DNA of 64,000 nt from Pelagomonas calceolata. Its lineage: Eukaryota. Positions within the stretch are counted from its first letter, which is position 1. Every line of letters begins with the position of its first letter. Positions 19,391 to 28,092 of the stretch are shown here, piece after piece. The DNA lies in the NCBI GenBank assembly GCA_918797485.1, contig CAKKNE010000004.1, positions 1,054,001-1,118,000 of the forward strand, read 5' to 3'. A program made the position numbers and the translations under genes. The notes below the pieces were generated by a model. That model had not been told where the DNA came from. It saw nothing but the letters and a program-made list of their open reading frames with translations, and ran no database searches.

Positions 19391-21652
19391 ATGAAGGCTC
19401 ACGCGAGGCGCGCCGTCCGCGACGACGCCGCGGCGCGGCGGAAACCGCTAGCCTTTGTCGGCGCGTCACGCGTCGAAAGCGGCGCGCGCGTCGCCAATGG
19501 GCGAGTGCTCAACCCACAAAGAGACCCGGCGACGACACCACGTGAAGCCGAGGACGCCACACGAGAAGCCGTCGAGGCGCGAAGGACGCACCTCGAAGAC
19601 GCGCCGGCGGCGCGCGGTTTACGCAACCTGGGCAACACGTGCTTCCTGAACGCCACTTTACAAGCGTTGCGGAGTGTCCCTGGTGTGGCCCAGACGCTCG
19701 GTGATAGTAGGTGGCCCTTAGCCGAGCGAGGCGCCGACGTGGCCGCGGCGTTCCGCGCAGCTCTCAATCCGCGGGAGACGGCTCCTAGAAACTTGGTGAA
19801 GCGGTTGCGGCGCATCAACCGCGGCTTTCGGTTAGGCCGCCAGGAGGACGCCCATGAGTTGCTCCGAGCATTACTCGACGCCTCATCGTCAGGATTCGCG
19901 AAGCTCCATCGTGAAGACAAGCGCGGGCCCGTCGAGGCGCTGTTCGAAGGTCGGTCGACGTCAACGCTGACGTGTCCCGAGTGCGGCTACGCCTCGAAAA
20001 CAACGGAGCCCTTCCTAGACTTGAGTTTGGAGCCGCTAGAATCAGTAAACCAGGCCCTCAAAGCCTGGTCCGCGCCCGAGACTCTCAGTTCATCGGACGC
20101 GTGGCGGTGCGGCGGCTGTGATAAAAGGGTAAGGGCGACGAAAGCTCTTGGAGTTCAGGACTACCCGGAAGCTTTAGTTGTGCACTTGAAGCGGTTCCGG
20201 GCGGCGCAACTACAGAGAAGAAGACGTAGACAACCGCAAAAAATAGAAAGACGCGTCGCGTTCGACACGCGGTGGTCTCCGACTGATAGTGCGTCGTACG
20301 ACCTGACCGGCGTGGTCATCCACCACGGCTCTACCACTAGAGGCGGCCACTACACGGCCTACGCGCGGTCCCAGAACAAGTGGTGGCATTATGATGATAG
20401 TCGAGTCACTACTGTGAAGGAGAGCGAGGTCCTGCGCTCCAAGGCCTACCTGCTCTTCTACGCGCGGAACTCCCAGAAACGAGCGCGGATTGATAGTGTA
20501 GATCTACCTAGTCGAAGAAAACGTCCGAAGCCGTCGCTTGTGACTGTTGATTCCGCACCTTTGTTGGAAGCGAAATTTCGGTTGATGGCGGCCTTCGAAA
20601 GGCGCTTTAAAAGAGTAGTAGTCAAGCACGGCGCCGCGGGCCTCAAGCGGCGCGTCGTAAAGCCGCTGGGTGCCCGCGGCGCGGCGCTCAAGGCCAAGAG
20701 TGCGGCGAACCAATTGCGCCGGAGACAGTCGAGGCGCAGCGCGACGCGGTCGTCCAGTAGAAGGGAGGCCTCGGAGAAGTACTTGCGCGTGGCCAAGGAT
20801 GTATTGACTGAGGAGCAGTACGCGGCCTTCGTAGAATTGGCGAGGACGGTCGTGCAAGGATGCACCGAACAGGAGGAGTTTCAGTGTATCGAGAAGGTCG
20901 AAAGGTTATTTGAGGGCCACGGGCTGCTGAAGCACCACTTCAATTTGATCCTGCCTGGTAGTTTCGACGTGCCTCAGTCAAAACAGACGGAGCTCCACGG
21001 CGTCGAGGACTACGCGCGTCGTAGAAGGGAGGGGACGCTGCCGGCGGGCGTCGTGTCACAACCGGAGGCGTCGCGCCAGTTGGGCGGTCTCTTCGACGCG
21101 GCCGCGGATTCAGATGATGACGAGCCCCCGAGCTGGCGCGACGAATTCGCTGATAGTGACTCGGACGACGAGTCGTTCGACCCGGACGCGTCGTCGTCGT
21201 CCGAGGAGGAGGACGACGCGGCCTTAAAGGCCAATATCGCCCGCCTCCGGGCCGAGAACGCGCGGCTCCGGGCCGCGACGGAGGCGGCGTCCGTGGCGCG
21301 GGCGGTCGCGGCGTCGCTCGAGTCGGCGGCGGCGGCGCCGGCGGCGCGCGCCGCGTCGTCGTCGTCTTCCTCCGGCGACGACGAGGACGCCGACTTCGAG
21401 TCTAGAATGGACCAGCAATTAGAAGCGGAGCGCGCGAAAGTGAAGCCGGCGTTTGAAGTGGCGGCCGCGCGGCGCGCCCTCGATGACGAGGCGCCCGTGA
21501 CGGCCTGGGGCGGCTTTGCGGTCGGCGGCTGGGGTGATGATGGAGATGATGACGTGCGCGCGGCGCCTCCCCCAAAAAAACGGCCGAAGCACCGCTACGA
21601 CGCGTGGGACCGGTCGCTCGACGCGCCGCGGCGGGGCAACTGGGACGACTGA
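19391..21652 (+). CDS. Ubiquitin-specific protease (C19, USP36/42-like) with a PAH-like domain
   Basis: GLRNLGNTCFLNATLQ Cys box, QEDAHE, GHYTAY and YDDS His box, AYLLFY. Confidence 0.9.
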   Translation: MKAHARRAVRDDAAARRKPLAFVGASRVESGARVANGRVLNPQRDPATTPREAEDATREAVEARRTHLEDAPAARGLRNLGNTCFLNATLQALRSVPGVAQTLGDSRWPLAERGADVAAAFRAALNPRETAPRNLVKRLRRINRGFRLGRQEDAHELLRALLDASSSGFAKLHREDKRGPVEALFEGRSTSTLTCPECGYASKTTEPFLDLSLEPLESVNQALKAWSAPETLSSSDAWRCGGCDKRVRATKALGVQDYPEALVVHLKRFRAAQLQRRRRRQPQKIERRVAFDTRWSPTDSASYDLTGVVIHHGSTTRGGHYTAYARSQNKWWHYDDSRVTTVKESEVLRSKAYLLFYARNSQKRARIDSVDLPSRRKRPKPSLVTVDSAPLLEAKFRLMAAFERRFKRVVVKHGAAGLKRRVVKPLGARGAALKAKSAANQLRRRQSRRSATRSSSRREASEKYLRVAKDVLTEEQYAAFVELARTVVQGCTEQEEFQCIEKVERLFEGHGLLKHHFNLILPGSFDVPQSKQTELHGVEDYARRRREGTLPAGVVSQPEASRQLGGLFDAAADSDDDEPPSWRDEFADSDSDDESFDPDASSSSEEEDDAALKANIARLRAENARLRAATEAASVARAVAASLESAAAAPAARAASSSSSSGDDEDADFESRMDQQLEAERAKVKPAFEVAAARRALDDEAPVTAWGGFAVGGWGDDGDDDVRAAPPPKKRPKHRYDAWDRSLDAPRRGNWDD

Positions 21653-21678
21653 GCTTCTTAATTAATTCGTTATCATGA

Positions 21679-22815
21679 TTACAATGCGCGGACCAAGGCT
21701 CGTTTCCGGGCGAGCAAGGCTCGTTTCCGGGCGAAATCTAAGCAGACTTGCGTCATCTTCCGCTGAGGGTGGTCAGGTCCCTGGGTCCGGCGCTGCCGCC
21801 GATCCAGGTCCTCGAGCGTTGCGACCACCAGACTAAGGTCGTCGAGGGAGGCGCAGTCTTTGCCGATAAGGATCTGTGCATGCATCCTCTGTAACTTGAA
21901 CGTTTGCTCATGATCTTTTCCGAGCACTCGCTGGGACTTGGGTATAGTTTCAAGTAACAACGGCAACGCTTCCTCGTGGTGTCCGAGCTTCATTAGCGTG
22001 TCCACGAGATTTTGGGCAGCTATTATAGCTTCTTTACTCGAGCCGCCGAAGAGCCTTATTTTTCCCGAGTGTACGTCGCGCTGTAGGCTTACGGCCTCTT
22101 CACGCCGTCCCAGCATTGAATACGTGGTCGCAAGATTGTTCTGCACGTCGAGAATTCGTGCCTCTGGCGCGCCAAGGCGCCGCTCCATAGACAACTCGGC
22201 CTCTCCCACGGTCAACTCGTCCTCGTGTTGTCCTGCCTCGGATAAACCGTTCCCAAGCTGCGTCATAGCACTCCTCCGAGCCGTGTCCGTCTCCGGCCGA
22301 TCCACGTACGTCTTCCAGCACGCCCACCCAAGCGCACACAAAACGACGCCGTAGTACCGTTGCTCACACAGGCTACACTTGTACCATCGCACCCACCTCT
22401 CACTCTGCACCTTGACGTCCAAATTGTTCTCCTCGGCCTCCGCGAGCAAAATCTTCGCCTGCTCCGCGAGGCACGACACGTGTGCGAAGCCCGCCGTCCC
22501 GCGGCACGCGCACCCGCGCACGAGACCCTCCTTTGTCTTCCAATGCAAGGCTTGCGTGCAGATGTAGCACGTCTGGCCCTTGGTGTCCTCGGCGCACGCC
22601 TCCGCCGCGACCGCTACCGACTCTTTATATTTTTTGTCGGCGTAGTATTGCTCCGCGTTGCCGCCGCGGTGTATTTTCTTACACATCTGCTTGTGGCCGC
22701 GGCGCCAGTGGTCATGCTGGCAAGTTGCATCACAATATCTCGTCCAACATCTAACACATCGCGGCGCGTTGTGGGCCAGTGGCGCGGCGCAGGCGGCGCA
22801 GTTTGTGAGGATCAT
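21679..22815 (-). CDS. MYND zinc finger - RINGv - TPR family protein, copy 1
   Basis: CxxC...CxxC..YC...CQ..HW...HK..C; CYIC...CACRG....HVSC...W..CSLC; kinesin-light-chain-type TPR helices. Confidence 0.85.
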   Translation of the reverse strand: MILTNCAACAAPLAHNAPRCVRCWTRYCDATCQHDHWRRGHKQMCKKIHRGGNAEQYYADKKYKESVAVAAEACAEDTKGQTCYICTQALHWKTKEGLVRGCACRGTAGFAHVSCLAEQAKILLAEAEENNLDVKVQSERWVRWYKCSLCEQRYYGVVLCALGWACWKTYVDRPETDTARRSAMTQLGNGLSEAGQHEDELTVGEAELSMERRLGAPEARILDVQNNLATTYSMLGRREEAVSLQRDVHSGKIRLFGGSSKEAIIAAQNLVDTLMKLGHHEEALPLLLETIPKSQRVLGKDHEQTFKLQRMHAQILIGKDCASLDDLSLVVATLEDLDRRQRRTQGPDHPQRKMTQVCLDFARKRALLARKRALVRAL

Positions 22816-22967
22816 TTTTGTCTGGTTTGGGGCGTTTGCGAGTTTCGCGCGGCGGCGTGATGTGTTAATTTCTTTTTTTGCTGAAACACCCCCAAAACGG
22901 GTTTTCCTCGGACGCGAGACGACGAGTCGGAGACGTGCTCGACACTCGCGGGCTCTACTAAGTCAAG

Positions 22968-24404
22968 TTACAACACAAGGGACACGTCGTCGTCCGACGA
23001 CTCGTCGGACGACTCCTCGCGAGGAGGTTCGGGCACGGGCACCAATGGCAGGAACGCCAACGGTATAAGAGAGGCCGCCGCGGCGACGTAGAGGTAGCGC
23101 CGCACGGACGCCGGATGATCGGGCTCCGTGCGGCATTTCGTCGCCAGAAATACGGCCAGCCAGCCGCTCGCGGCGCCGCCGGAGTCGTAGGCGGCAAGAT
23201 AAGCCCCGTAGACCGCGCCGCGCCGCTCCGACCCCGCCGCCGCTTTCAGGGCAAAGGTCGTCGCCGCCACGCCCAGCAGCGCGCCGCCGGCGCTGTCGAC
23301 GACGTTGCCCAGCGTCGCGTAAACGACGTTCCGAGCGGCGGGCAGCTGCGCGAGGCGCGCTCCGGCCGCGACGAAAACCGCGACGGCGGCCGCTTTTCGA
23401 GTAGCGGGCGGCCGCCGGACGCACACCAGGCACACGATCATGGCCGCGAGGGCCCCGCCCGCATTCACGAGGGGCAGGACGCAAGGACGACCCTGGAAGC
23501 GCTCGTAGCGCACGTTCGCGAGGACTTCCGAGGCGGACGGCGCCGCGGCGACGGCGACGAGGAAGGGCCCGGCGCGCCAGAGGCCCGGCTTTTCTGCCGC
23601 GAGGAGGGGCTCCTCCAGCGCGGTTGTCTTACGACGGTAGCAGAGGACAGCAATGAACACGACGGCGAGGCCCGCGCCGCTGACGCACCAGATAGTCGTC
23701 GCCAACGCCCCTTTGGCCGACACCCACGCGCACGCGACCTGCACAGCTATCAAAAGCGGCACCGGCGACTGCGCGTCGCGCTTCATTGAGATTGGTGTCG
23801 TGTCCGATGCTGTTAGTGCCACAACGACGCCGACCAAAGGGCACGCCGCGGCGGCGAGGAACGCGGTGGCGGGCGACGGTATCGCGTGATCGCAACGGTA
23901 CATCGCGAAGCCGACGCATGAAGCGAGGAGCGTCCCGAGCCAACGAGCGGCGGTAGCCTCGGCCTGGGCGCGGCCCGCGCCGACTCCTGAAGCCACGACG
24001 TCCGCCAGCCGCGCCCCGAGGCACGTCTCGGCACAGGCCTGGCACGCGCAGAGGAGCGCATAGCCGACCGCGAAGGATGCGACGGACCTTGTCACGGCGA
24101 GCGTACAATGGCACAGGACACCGCCGAAACTCGCCGCGACGTAGGCCAGGACGCGCCCCCGCGCCCCGTAGCGCGTCGCGAGCGCGTCGGCGAGTGCGCC
24201 GTAGACGGGCCGCAGCGAGAAGCACGCATAACCGAGCGCGAAGACGCGCAGCTGCTGCGCCTGCCCCACGCCATGGGCGTCGAGCCACTGGACCTGGGCG
24301 ACGAGCGGGACGGCGGCCTCCAGGGCGCCCAAAGTGTACAAGGCGAGGAGGCCGCGGGGCAGCCGCATCCCTGGCATTTCGACCGGCGCCGCTGGGCGCT
24401 CCAT
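22968..24404 (-). CDS. MFS transporter (BT1 folate/biopterin-like)
   Basis: Many TM segments; FSLRPVYGALAD...YG..GR motif. Confidence 0.65.
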   Translation of the reverse strand: MERPAAPVEMPGMRLPRGLLALYTLGALEAAVPLVAQVQWLDAHGVGQAQQLRVFALGYACFSLRPVYGALADALATRYGARGRVLAYVAASFGGVLCHCTLAVTRSVASFAVGYALLCACQACAETCLGARLADVVASGVGAGRAQAEATAARWLGTLLASCVGFAMYRCDHAIPSPATAFLAAAACPLVGVVVALTASDTTPISMKRDAQSPVPLLIAVQVACAWVSAKGALATTIWCVSGAGLAVVFIAVLCYRRKTTALEEPLLAAEKPGLWRAGPFLVAVAAAPSASEVLANVRYERFQGRPCVLPLVNAGGALAAMIVCLVCVRRPPATRKAAAVAVFVAAGARLAQLPAARNVVYATLGNVVDSAGGALLGVAATTFALKAAAGSERRGAVYGAYLAAYDSGGAASGWLAVFLATKCRTEPDHPASVRRYLYVAAAASLIPLAFLPLVPVPEPPREESSDESSDDDVSLVL

Positions 24405-24516
24405 CGCTGCGGCGCGTTCGATAACGCTAGCGCCGCGTACGCGAGGATCAGAGCGCCAGAGCCAGCTGCAGCAGCGCTGCCCCCAGCTAGTTTATGCAAG
24501 TTGGGCAGCCGCAGCC

Positions 24517-25638
24517 ATGGCCGTCGACGCCGCGGTGTGGTGCAGGTTGCAGCTCGCCGTCGTCGGGGCCCATATCAATGCGGCGGCGCCGCTCGTGGCG
24601 GCCTACGGGCTGCCCAAAGCGCTCTCGATGGTCGCTGCGATCGCACTCCTCCACGGCGCGAGCGCGCGCTACCTCATACATGCGGCGGCGGAGAGCGCCG
24701 ACGGCTACGGGGCCGTGGCCGCGAGCTGCGGCCTCGGCCGCCGCCGGCGCGCGATGGCGGACGGCGCCGCGCTGCTGGTCGTCGCCGCGGCCTGTGCGAA
24801 ACGCCTCGGCAGCGCGGCCGGGGCGCTCGCGGGCTTCGTTGAAGGACCGTCTTACGTCGTGAATGTGGGCGCGACGCTCGGGATCGGCCTCGCGGCCGCG
24901 GCCTTGGATAAATCGGCGCGCGTCGCGACGACGGCCGCCGTCCTGGGCCTCCTCGGGCTCCTCGCGATGGTTGTGCTGGGCATGAAGGCCGCGGACGTCG
25001 CCGTCGAGGCGACGCATCCTCTAAAAGCGCTGGCCTCGCTCAACGTCGCCTTCGCGACATTACAACCCTCCGCCCTAAGCCTCGTGCTCCGGCGCGCTTT
25101 AGCTGGTGGAGACCCGGACGCCCTTGCCGGCGCGGCGCTGGCCGGCGCGCTGACGACGGGCGCGCTCTACGGGGTAGTGGCCGTTTCTGGAAATTCCCCG
25201 TCGGACACGTTGCTGAGCGCCGCCGTCGCGGCGCTCTCGCTCGTGCCGCTCGTGCCGCCGCTGCGCCACGCCGTCGAGGGCGTCGCCGAGGGCCTTGCGC
25301 TGCGGACCAGGAGCCGGGCCCTCGCGGCGCTGGCCGTGGCGGTCGTCTTTCTCCTCGCTTCGGCGCTGCCGGACGACGTCTGGGCGTCGCTCGTCGCCCT
25401 CGGCGTCGGGCTGACGTCCTTCGCCCTGCCGGTCTGGTGCCATTGGAGGGTGGAACGGCCGCGTGGCGACCCGAGGCAGCTCTGCAAAAGTTTACGATTC
25501 GTGCTGCTCGAGATCGTTCTGCCGGCGGTCGTGCTCTTCCTGGGCGTCGCGCTCTCGGTGCTGCCGGCGGCGGGGCTGGTGGCGCGGACGGCGGTTGGCG
25601 TTGTGCCTCGCGAGCAGTCCCGGCTCGTCGAGAGGTAA
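24517..25638 (+). CDS. Multi-pass membrane protein, amino-acid transporter-like
   Basis: About 10 hydrophobic segments; TSFALPVW near the C-terminus. Confidence 0.55.
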   Translation: MAVDAAVWCRLQLAVVGAHINAAAPLVAAYGLPKALSMVAAIALLHGASARYLIHAAAESADGYGAVAASCGLGRRRRAMADGAALLVVAAACAKRLGSAAGALAGFVEGPSYVVNVGATLGIGLAAAALDKSARVATTAAVLGLLGLLAMVVLGMKAADVAVEATHPLKALASLNVAFATLQPSALSLVLRRALAGGDPDALAGAALAGALTTGALYGVVAVSGNSPSDTLLSAAVAALSLVPLVPPLRHAVEGVAEGLALRTRSRALAALAVAVVFLLASALPDDVWASLVALGVGLTSFALPVWCHWRVERPRGDPRQLCKSLRFVLLEIVLPAVVLFLGVALSVLPAAGLVARTAVGVVPREQSRLVER

Positions 25639-25778
25639 GTATGTCTCTAGATTTCTAGTGACTCTTCGAAAACGAGGACTTGTCGTTTGTCGTCCGTCGA
25701 GGGGAACCCGCACGTATGTAATTTTGCAGATCGATCACATCTCATCAAGTAGCTGTGCTTAGGCTGCCCTGCGCAACG

Positions 25779-26462
25779 ATGATGGGATCCGCAGCGCTTT
25801 TGTCCTTGGCTAGTTTATTGTCAGCCGTGGCTGGCAGCACGATGAACGACATCACCATCCGAACTGCAGTAACAGAGTGGCTCTCGGACAGCGCCGCCGC
25901 CGAGGCGACGTACGGCCACATCTCGACGTGGGAGACTGGCGGGGTGACGGACATGGATCACTTGTTTTGCGCAGATTCATGGTTCAGTTCTTGCAACACG
26001 GCCGCGGCGTCCTTCAACGAAGACATCGGCGCGTGGGACACCTCCGGCGTGACGACGATGAGCGGGATGTTCTACGAGGCCTCGGCCTTCAACCAGGACA
26101 TAGGCGCGTGGGACACCTCGGCCGTCAGAGCCATAGAATCCATGTTCAAAGACGCCTCGGCCTTCGACCAGGACATCGGTGGTTGGGCGGTCCACAGCGT
26201 CACGGACATGCGCTGGATGTTCGCCGGCGCCTCGGCCTTCGACCAGGACCTCGGCTGGTGCGTGGACGACGACGTAATATTTAAAAGGGTCAACGACGGC
26301 GGCCCGTTCGACGGAACCCCGTGTGAGTCGACGTCGTGCGGCGTCAAGCAAGGAGCCCTGGAGGAAAACGGCAATTGCCAGTCGACGGGCGCCCTGGCCA
26401 GCGACGGCGCCAGGACCCTCTCCGCCGCCCTCTTCCCGATCGTCCTCTTTCTACTCTTTTAA
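25779..26462 (+). CDS. DUF285/BspA-type repeat surface protein, probably GPI-anchored
   Basis: Signal peptide, FNxDIGxWDTSxVTxMxxMF repeats, hydrophobic C-terminus. Confidence 0.85.
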   Translation: MMGSAALLSLASLLSAVAGSTMNDITIRTAVTEWLSDSAAAEATYGHISTWETGGVTDMDHLFCADSWFSSCNTAAASFNEDIGAWDTSGVTTMSGMFYEASAFNQDIGAWDTSAVRAIESMFKDASAFDQDIGGWAVHSVTDMRWMFAGASAFDQDLGWCVDDDVIFKRVNDGGPFDGTPCESTSCGVKQGALEENGNCQSTGALASDGARTLSAALFPIVLFLLF

Positions 26463-26480
26463 GTCCTCTTCATCATATAG

Positions 26481-26545
26481 GGAGTCAGTCTTACGCCACA
26501 GGGGGGGGAAGGGAATCAGGCGAGCGCCTGGACCAGCGTCGCGCT
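26481..26545 (-). repeat. Duplicated RPA1 3' end and downstream flank
   Basis: Matches 28058-28122. Confidence 0.85.
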
Positions 26546-26661
26546 GAGTCTCTGTGCTGCCGGCGGCGGGGCTCGTCGCGCGGGCGGCGTCAACCGTTGG
26601 CGTTGAGCCTCGTGAGCAGTCCCGGCTCGTCGAGAAGCAAGTATGTCTCTAGAATTTTAGT
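26536..26661 (+). repeat. Duplicated 3' end of the transporter gene
   Basis: Matches 25544-25660. Confidence 0.85.
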
Positions 26662-26787
26662 GGCATATTTCAAGATCGACGTCTCGCCGAGGGTCCCCAT
26701 CTGGGTCCCGCGACGCGCGGCGACCCGCACGCAAATGAATTGCGAGTATCCCCAACGCCACGGGCAGCCTCCACGAGGACGACGACG

Positions 26788-27852
26788 ATGCGCGCCACTG
26801 CTGTAGTGGCGCTCCTCCTCCACGCCCTGCCCGGCTCGCACGGCGCCGCCACCACGTTCGTCCGCGTGCCCGAGGACCTTGCCTACGCGGAGGCCGAGGC
26901 CCGCTGCACGCAGATCGGGGCCGCGATCGCGTCCATCCACAGCGCGGCGGAAAACGAGCTGGCGCGGACAGCCTGCGGCAATAGTGCGTGCTGGCTGGGC
27001 CTGGCGGAGACGGGGGGCGACGCGGGCACCGCCGCGGCGAACCAGACGTGGCTCTGGCAGGACCCGCCGGCGGGCCAAACCGCCCTCCCCGCGTACACGA
27101 ATTGGGCGGCCGGCGCGCCGGACAATGCTGGGGGCGACCAGCGCAACGCCATCATCGACACCGCGGGCGAGTGGCACGACAGCCTCTCATCTCCCTCTCA
27201 CGCCCCCCTCTGCCGCGTGGCCGGCGAGCTCAATTTCACCCTCGACCACGCCCCGCAGCAGTGCCAGGTCAACACAAAATGCCGACAAAAAAAAAGAACA
27301 TCGAAGGGAAAGACAGGGAATGTCCCACGGAAAGACAGGGACCCGACCTGCTGCGGGCGCGGCGCGGAAACATCAAACATCAAACATCGGTCGTGCGCAC
27401 CAGTCGGGGACGCGACGTACCAGTTCGTCCAGACCGGCATGGCCTGCGACGTCGGGGAATCAGTCGAGGAGTACAAATGCTATCCGTGCAAACCCGGGAA
27501 GACCTGCGACATGGGCCCGGGCGACGAAGGAAGATGTAAGTGGCCCGGGCCCGGCCATGGGACTTTTGTTGGCGTTTTTCTCGTCTTCCTCGGTCCGATC
27601 ATCTTCTGCATCTTTGCTGGCGTCGGCTGGTACGTCCACAAGAGGAAGAACGCGGACGAAACGTACGCCGCCGCCGCGCGCCGCGTCCTCTGCCGTCGCG
27701 GGACCAAGGTCCGCGCGGTCGCGCCCACGACGTCCGAGGAAGCGCCCGCGCTGCCGGCCAGCACGGTCAGCGTCGTCGACGCGCCGGCCGCGGGCATCGC
27801 GCCGAACGAGCTCGGCACCGTCGTCTCGGTTAAACCGGCGAATCAAAGATAA
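26788..27852 (+). CDS. Type I membrane protein with C-type lectin domain
   Basis: Signal peptide; AEARC...IASIHSAAEN...WLGL...YTNWAAGAPDN...WHD...PLC; Cys-rich stalk; TM. Confidence 0.85.
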   Translation: MRATAVVALLLHALPGSHGAATTFVRVPEDLAYAEAEARCTQIGAAIASIHSAAENELARTACGNSACWLGLAETGGDAGTAAANQTWLWQDPPAGQTALPAYTNWAAGAPDNAGGDQRNAIIDTAGEWHDSLSSPSHAPLCRVAGELNFTLDHAPQQCQVNTKCRQKKRTSKGKTGNVPRKDRDPTCCGRGAETSNIKHRSCAPVGDATYQFVQTGMACDVGESVEEYKCYPCKPGKTCDMGPGDEGRCKWPGPGHGTFVGVFLVFLGPIIFCIFAGVGWYVHKRKNADETYAAAARRVLCRRGTKVRAVAPTTSEEAPALPASTVSVVDAPAAGIAPNELGTVVSVKPANQR

Positions 27853-28092
27853 CGTCGCCGCCGCCCGCCGGGAAAAGATGGCCTCGCGTAGCGCCGTCGC
27901 CCCCGAGGCCAAGCAGCCGCCGGCGGAGCGGGAGCCGGGCGCCGGGCGGCCCGTCGTCGAGGGCGTCGTCGTCGAACCGGAGCCCGAGAGCATGGCGCCG
28001 GGGGCCGAGCAAGAACCTGTAGTTGTGTGTATTCCCCCACGGAAGGCATCTAAGCGAGGAGTAAGTCTTACGCCACAGGGGGAGGGAGGAAC

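Noticed and set aside
21695..21733. 21-nt tandem duplication at the end of family copy 1 (ARKRALL/ARKRALV)
   Set aside because: Simple local slippage; not a TSD around an element
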